A stretch of DNA of 64,000 nucleotides from an uncultured Candidatus Saccharibacteria bacterium (GTDB taxonomy: Bacteria > Patescibacteriota > Minisyncoccia > Phycocordibacterales > UBA918). The position numbers and the translations under genes are program-made. A model generated the notes under the pieces. That model worked only from the letters and a program-made list of their open reading frames with translations, was not told where the DNA came from and ran no database searches. Below are positions 59,170 to 64,000 of the stretch, piece after piece (the first letter of the stretch is position 1; each line of letters opens with the position of its first letter). The stretch lies in NCBI GenBank assembly GCA_964350985.1, contig CAYGLK010000001.1:292528-356527 (forward strand), written 5' to 3'.

Positions 59170-60378
59170 CTATTCGTAACGAATAGCGTCCAATGGATTA
59201 AGGGTAGCTGCTCTTCTGGCTGGAAAAACTCCAGTCAGGTATCCAACGGCGGCGGAAAAAACTGCAATAAAGAGTAAGAATAATAGAGGGAAAGAAAAGA
59301 GTGTTACAGCCTGTCCGCCAAATTGTCCAGCGACAATGTTCAAAAATATATTGACTGTTACTCCAAAAACCACACCCATAGCAATACCGGTTACTCCTCC
59401 CATAAAACCTACTACTACTGATTCGGAGACGAAGAGATACTTAACGTCATTGGGTGACGCACCAATTGTACGCATAATTCCAATTTCCTTAGTACGCTCA
59501 AGTAGCGTAACTGTCATGGTATTAAACATCCCAATAGCTGATACAAGCAAAGCAATTCCACCAAAGGTCGCTAAAACTGCTTGAATACCCTGGAAGATTT
59601 TTGATGCCTGTTCTACTGTTTTAGAAAGGGCTGTCACTCGATAGCCAGCCTCGATTAGTCGCTCTTCCACGATTGGTAGATTTTGATTACTGTCGACTCG
59701 AACTTGAATTCTTTCATACTCTTCAACTCCAACATGTTCTCTTAGTTCCGGAAGCATCATCAACGCATTTAGAACTCCTTCTTCTTTTGTAATTCCTCTA
59801 ACTGTATATTCTTTATCTATTGGTAACTCTAGAGTTGCTTCAGTTCCATCATCAGCTGGAACCAAGAGTCTGAAAGAAACCTTTTGACCAACAAAAGATT
59901 CTGCATCATCAACACCGAACAACTTCAATACGGCCGGCGAAAGCATAATTGTATTCGTGTCTCCTCCATCTTCGCTTCCGAAGACATCTCCTTCAGTGGC
60001 TGTAATACCAGCATAGCGAAGGTAAGGCGGCTCAACTCCTTGGATGAAGACATTCCCAGTCAATCCTTTATAAGTGACCAAAGCCGGAAAACGAGCTAGT
60101 GGCGAGGCGTCCAACACTTCTTCATATTTTTTAAATGTATCAACTGTTTCAGCCGTCAGTTTTAAATTTTGGGCACCAGTTGAAGATACCCCTAAAGAGA
60201 GTAGGGTTTCTCCGAACACAATTTGTTCTAGGATAATTTGCTGAAGTCCAAAACCAAGACCTACCAAAACCACGACAGCACCCGTACCTACACCCATACC
60301 TAAAATAGTCAGCCAGGTTCGTAGCGGATTTGTTTTAAACATTCTGGTTGAAAGTTGTGCTAAGTCTTGTACTCGCAT
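59170..60378 (-). CDS. ABC transporter permease (FtsX-like / MacB-LolCE family)
   Basis: 402 aa. N-terminal TM, a large periplasmic domain and three C-terminal TMs. MacB-type topology. Confidence 0.8.
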   Translation of the reverse strand: MRVQDLAQLSTRMFKTNPLRTWLTILGMGVGTGAVVVLVGLGFGLQQIILEQIVFGETLLSLGVSSTGAQNLKLTAETVDTFKKYEEVLDASPLARFPALVTYKGLTGNVFIQGVEPPYLRYAGITATEGDVFGSEDGGDTNTIMLSPAVLKLFGVDDAESFVGQKVSFRLLVPADDGTEATLELPIDKEYTVRGITKEEGVLNALMMLPELREHVGVEEYERIQVRVDSNQNLPIVEERLIEAGYRVTALSKTVEQASKIFQGIQAVLATFGGIALLVSAIGMFNTMTVTLLERTKEIGIMRTIGASPNDVKYLFVSESVVVGFMGGVTGIAMGVVFGVTVNIFLNIVAGQFGGQAVTLFSFPLLFLLFIAVFSAAVGYLTGVFPARRAATLNPLDAIRYE

Positions 60379-60395
60379 TAAATGAAATAATGAGC

Positions 60396-60590
60396 GTAGC
60401 GATTATATTGAATTTAGTTCCGAATTTTCTCAATTCCTAGAGAAAATTCCTGGAACGACCAAACGCCCATGTTAAGCATAATTGTAGCATTGAAACAAAA
60501 TTTAAATGAAAGCTATTCACTATTAAGTAGAGTATACTTCTATACTGCGAGTTCCAGGAGTTTGGCCTAGGAAAGGGCCAAACTCGGAAC
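60396..60590. repeat. two further copies of the AGTTCC-hairpin-GGAAC element, in inverted orientation relative to each other
   Basis: Forward copy 60396-60467 (GTAGCGATTATATTGAATTTAGTTCC GAATTTTCTC..GAGAAAATTC CTGGAAC). Reverse copy 60546-60590 (revcomp GTTCC GAGTTTGGCC..GGCCAAACTC CTGGAACTCGCAGTATA, matching the 54701 unit). Confidence 0.7.
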
Positions 60591-60627
60591 AAAATTCACA
60601 ATATGCCCTCTGGGCATTTGTTTATTT

Positions 60628-61950
60628 TTAACTCTTGTAACTTACGTCGACACCTTGAGCAATTATTTTTTCAAAGTACCTGGTTAGTTCGTCGGCTTCT
60701 TTTGGATCTAGTGAAAGTCCACCAGATTTTAATCCCTTGCAAAGTCTTTCGTTAAACTGGTCTTCTTCAATCACTCCAGTCACACGGTCAGCAATCATTT
60801 CAATCAAATTCTCATTTTGGTCTTTGCTTAGTTTGATTCTATTTGCCTGCAATAAATGATCTTTTAGACGTTCAGCTAACTTATGCTGACTAAAGAAAAT
60901 ATCGTCATTATCTTTTTTGGCTCTAAATCTTCTAATGTCATCCGCTTGATGAATTAGTTTTTCTGAAGTGGCAGCCATCTTTCTTGCTTCTGGTTCAGAC
61001 ATCTCTACTCCTCCCCTCTCCATTTTTAGAATCAGTGCTCTAATAAAAGTATCGCGATCAATTTTTCCTTTAATAAATAATTCTACTGCATGTTCCAGTC
61101 TAACTAATTGGTCGTAGGTGTATTGTTGAGTCAAAAAATTGACCATACTTTTTACACGCAAAGTATCTACAGAGTCGTATGGAAAAAGTCGAGCCAGCTG
61201 TTCGAGTTCAGTTACGATTGTTTCCCCTTCTCTAACTGGTTTAATTTGTTTTCGTTGCGGGTTCACAACTTCTCGTACTACAAAACCATCTTTAAGGTAG
61301 TAAACTCTATGAGCATAACTTAAGTGAGCCGCGTTGTGAGACACCATAATAATAGTCCGTCTATCGAAGGTGTTAATCTCATCAATCTTATCCATTACTT
61401 GTTGAGTAGACACTGAGTCCAAGTTTCCAGTTGGTTCATCCGCTAAAAGAATTTTGGGATCATTAACCATCGACCTAGCTACCGACACACGTTGCTGCTG
61501 ACCTCCTGAAAGCATGGCTGGTATCTTGTGTGACACATGTCCCACTCCAAAACGATCTAAAAGTGACTGCGCTCTTCTCTCTCTAGTTGTACGATCCGCG
61601 TCACAAAAAATCATCGGGAGAGCAACGTTGTCGAGCACTGAAAGAGAACCAATTAGGTTAAAAGACTGGAAAATAATTCCCATCACGTATCGTTGGAAAT
61701 AAACTCGCTCACTTGGTGGATAAGAGTAGATGTCGTCCCCACGAATTAAAAGAGTCCCTTCTCCAGGAGGTAGAGATCCTTGAATAGAATACATCAGTGT
61801 CGATTTACCTGAACCTGAGGCACCAAAAAGAATAATATACTCACCTTCATAGATGTCAGTATTTACCCCTTGAAGAGCCTTAAATTCATTTGACTTACCT
61901 TGATTGTAAATGATTGAAAGATCTCTACAGACAATAAGCGGTTTGGCCAT
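60628..61950 (-). CDS. ABC transporter ATP-binding protein (MacB/LolD-like) with ~210-aa C-terminal helical extension
   Basis: Walker A GASGSGKST, signature LSGGQQQRVSVAR, Walker B ILLADEPTGNLD. Residues after about 230 are charged and helical with no known domain. Confidence 0.85.
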   Translation of the reverse strand: MAKPLIVCRDLSIIYNQGKSNEFKALQGVNTDIYEGEYIILFGASGSGKSTLMYSIQGSLPPGEGTLLIRGDDIYSYPPSERVYFQRYVMGIIFQSFNLIGSLSVLDNVALPMIFCDADRTTRERRAQSLLDRFGVGHVSHKIPAMLSGGQQQRVSVARSMVNDPKILLADEPTGNLDSVSTQQVMDKIDEINTFDRRTIIMVSHNAAHLSYAHRVYYLKDGFVVREVVNPQRKQIKPVREGETIVTELEQLARLFPYDSVDTLRVKSMVNFLTQQYTYDQLVRLEHAVELFIKGKIDRDTFIRALILKMERGGVEMSEPEARKMAATSEKLIHQADDIRRFRAKKDNDDIFFSQHKLAERLKDHLLQANRIKLSKDQNENLIEMIADRVTGVIEEDQFNERLCKGLKSGGLSLDPKEADELTRYFEKIIAQGVDVSYKS

Positions 61951-62012
61951 ATTATTTTATATTATGACATTACTTAGAGCTTGAACTAACGTCTCCTATC
62001 CCCACTTCACTT

Positions 62013-63494
62013 CTAGACTCCAATATTCTTCACCCAACCAAATGTACTCTGGAAGTTTTCTAGAATCAGGTCAATAATATTTTTTTCTTGGATTGGAGTA
62101 AAGAGTACAAAGTTTTCTGATTGAATCTTGTTTCCAGCTTCGTCTTCGCAGTTTAACCAAAACTGATAAACAGTAGCAGGAGCAAAATCAATCACCACTT
62201 CCACATGTCTAGTATTGTATTCGACTCTTTCTTTTTCTCTAACAGTTGGTTCTGTTCCACCAGCCACTCCTTCACGGTAAGTCATCAAACAAGCAGCTGG
62301 TTCATCAGTGGCCCATTCAATAATAGTTTGAATACGTGACTCTCCTCCTGGGAACAAAGTTGATTCATTAGTAACGTTAGTAATAATTGGGGCTGCAATA
62401 TCGCGGACTGTAATAAATTGGATCGGCTGACTGCGAACTCTATCTCCACCAGAGTTTTCAGAAATCACGAAAGCGACATATCTAGTTCCTAAAGTTAGAT
62501 CAGCTAACCTCATCTGGTGAGAAGTAGCTAGAGTTGGACGTCCAACTGAGTTTTGTGAACCGGTTGTTTGATCTTGATATTCGATCAAAGCTTTTGCTGG
62601 CACTGTTGTGTCCCAAGCTAGAGTAGCTGCATTCTCTTCAACTTTTAAGACGCGTAAGTTTTTAATTTCAGGCAAAGATGCTTTGGTAACAAAAGTAAAG
62701 TTTCGACTTTCTCCCTCTATCCCATACTCATCTTCAGATTTAACCTTAAAGCTATACTCAGTAAAAGCCTCGAGACCAATCAATCTAATTTCATGTTCAG
62801 TTGTTGCTCCAGCTGTTGAAGACTGAGAAAAGGCATAGTCACTTCCATTGAAACCTCTTGTTGCTGAAAAGACTACTTCGGAAGTCGCTTCACGATCTGT
62901 TGTCCATTTTATTAACGCACTATTTGTTTCTGGAATAACTGTTGGTGGACCAATAATAGTTAGGTCTTCAGTAATACCTTGAATCGCTTTTACAACTTCA
63001 TTTAATATTTCTTTCAGTTGTTGCGGATCTGTAATTTCATTAATTTCCTCCACAATTTCTTCTACAGTAGTTGACTGGACAGACACCGTTGTTGAATCTG
63101 AATCTGATTCCCCGTCTCCAGTCTGAGGTGTCCCGCTTGTCTGTACTTTATAGTCAGCTGAAATACCTTGGTTACCATCCTCGTCAGCAGAAATCACTCG
63201 AAAATAATAAATCCTTCCTGGATCTAAATTCTCCAAAGTAACTGAGTGACTTCTTCTTTCCGGGACCGGAATACGGACGATACCCAAGTTTGGTTGTAGG
63301 CCGTAATTAACAAAAGAGTCTGCGTCTTTGTCAGTGTCCCAAGTAACTGTCATTTCTGTTTCAGTCACTTCAATAACTTGTACGTTTGTAATAATAGGTG
63401 GATCTGTGGACTGAGCTACAACTTCATAGGGCAACAATGAAACAAAAATACTTAAAGCAATACTGGCAGATAATATTTTTTTTAGCGGGAACAT
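62013..63494 (-). CDS. secreted fibronectin type III repeat protein
   Basis: Signal peptide ...VVAQS. Repeated Fn3 signatures (TETEMTVTWDT..., GRIYYFRVISADEDGN; AATLAWDT...RYVAFVISENSGG). Confidence 0.7.
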   Translation of the reverse strand: MFPLKKILSASIALSIFVSLLPYEVVAQSTDPPIITNVQVIEVTETEMTVTWDTDKDADSFVNYGLQPNLGIVRIPVPERRSHSVTLENLDPGRIYYFRVISADEDGNQGISADYKVQTSGTPQTGDGESDSDSTTVSVQSTTVEEIVEEINEITDPQQLKEILNEVVKAIQGITEDLTIIGPPTVIPETNSALIKWTTDREATSEVVFSATRGFNGSDYAFSQSSTAGATTEHEIRLIGLEAFTEYSFKVKSEDEYGIEGESRNFTFVTKASLPEIKNLRVLKVEENAATLAWDTTVPAKALIEYQDQTTGSQNSVGRPTLATSHQMRLADLTLGTRYVAFVISENSGGDRVRSQPIQFITVRDIAAPIITNVTNESTLFPGGESRIQTIIEWATDEPAACLMTYREGVAGGTEPTVREKERVEYNTRHVEVVIDFAPATVYQFWLNCEDEAGNKIQSENFVLFTPIQEKNIIDLILENFQSTFGWVKNIGV

Positions 63495-63514
63495 AACGAT
63501 TTTATAATAACACT

Positions 63515-64000
63515 TTAATCAACTCCAATCGCAGTGAAGATGTTAGTACCGAAGTGAGCTGCGTTACTGGCTGAGAACGGAATCGCAATTCCCCAATAAA
63601 CATCTGTCTCAACGGGCGGTGTTTCAATACTCGGTTTGGTAAGGTTTATATCAAGACTCACCGGTGTTGAAGTAGACAGATCCTGACAAGTAACACATGA
63701 ACTGTATGTGAAAGTTGAAGTAGCCACTTTTTGATTATCAGCAGTAATTACTGAACTTGATCCATCACTTAAATCATTTCCCTCAATATCAACATCAATT
63801 GGAACATTACCGAGATTAGTAATAGTAGTAGCAGGGTTAAATGATCCGGTGTTAGAGTTTGCTTCTATAGCACCGTAGTCGATCAATGAATCAACGTTCA
63901 GGGCTCGAAGTGTAATAAGTTCTACTCCTGGTGCTGAAGCAAAATCATAACCACCACTAAAGTCTGAGGCTTCCGCATAAGCTAGCCACTCTTCTCCTTC
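63515..64000 (-). CDS. surface protein with WxL-like C-terminal domain (partial; N-terminus beyond window edge)
   Basis: The frame stays open upstream of the track's TTG start to the window edge (...EGEEWLAYAEASDFSGGYDFASAPGVELITLRALNVDSLIDYGAIEAN...). The C-terminus VYWGIAIPFSASNAAHFGTNIFTAIGVD resembles that of 57208-59073. Confidence 0.5.
   Translation of the reverse strand, partial: EGEEWLAYAEASDFSGGYDFASAPGVELITLRALNVDSLIDYGAIEANSNTGSFNPATTITNLGNVPIDVDIEGNDLSDGSSSVITADNQKVATSTFTYSSCVTCQDLSTSTPVSLDINLTKPSIETPPVETDVYWGIAIPFSASNAAHFGTNIFTAIGVD

Noticed and set aside
1-64000. rRNA genes, transposases or insertion sequences, integrases, toxin-antitoxin pairs and restriction-modification genes
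   Set aside because: I looked for them, but no ORF or sequence in the window carries recognisable signatures (DDE or serine/tyrosine recombinase motifs, methylase motifs, rRNA-like conserved stretches).

Overview
This 64-kb window comes from an AT-rich bacterial genome that uses the standard genetic code, judged by intact long ORFs with no in-frame TGA breaks. Genes are tightly packed, and several start at TTG. The content (a CxxC-x17-CxxC zinc-ribbon protein, a short UvrC without its HhH tail, a TlpA-like redoxin lacking its cysteines, many giant or secreted proteins) fits a reduced-genome lineage such as Patescibacteria/CPR. Sequence alone cannot settle the taxonomy.

Bases 1-37,500 are mostly housekeeping genes on both strands. 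I support calls for leuS, ychF, a sulfotransferase, mltG, a flavodoxin-like oxidoreductase, an RND efflux pair (adaptor plus permease), a phosphohexomutase, tRNA-Ala(UGC), ddl, uvrC, uvrA, uvrB, tgt, an FKBP isomerase, CapA, an AI-2E transporter, and a Glu/Leu/Phe/Val dehydrogenase.

Bases 37,991 to beyond 64,000 form an uninterrupted minus-strand locus of about 26 kb. Every gene in it is secreted or membrane-associated, and this is the most unusual part of the window. It holds:
- three paralogous membrane-anchored proteins, each with tandem beta-sandwich-like domains and a C-terminal TM anchor (one fused to a LytR_C domain);
- four proteins whose C-termini share a divergent WxL-like signature (VSTNAS[NE]G[FY] ... 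YWGI ... AGDYxxTLTY-TP), including a 2056-aa giant with an N-terminal BNR/Asp-box region and an internal ~350-aa duplication;
- three cohesin-domain proteins and two dockerin-domain proteins, one carrying Myxococcus-type Cys-rich repeats;
- a TolB-like beta-propeller protein, an Fn3-repeat protein, and a MacB-type ABC pair whose ATPase has a long C-terminal extension.

Other notable items:
- LeuRS carries a complete Nudix hydrolase domain, with a perfect Nudix box, inserted after the editing domain.
- A ~750-bp GC-rich single-gene island sits between uvrB and tgt.
- Two families of palindromic motifs recur 32 kb apart.
- A 126-bp structured repeat family with compensatory stem changes has five copies.
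- A (GATA)6 microsatellite lies in the same intergenic region.
- A tandem array next to tRNA-Ala repeats part of the tRNA's T-arm sequence.

I found no rRNA, CRISPR array, transposase or integrase gene.
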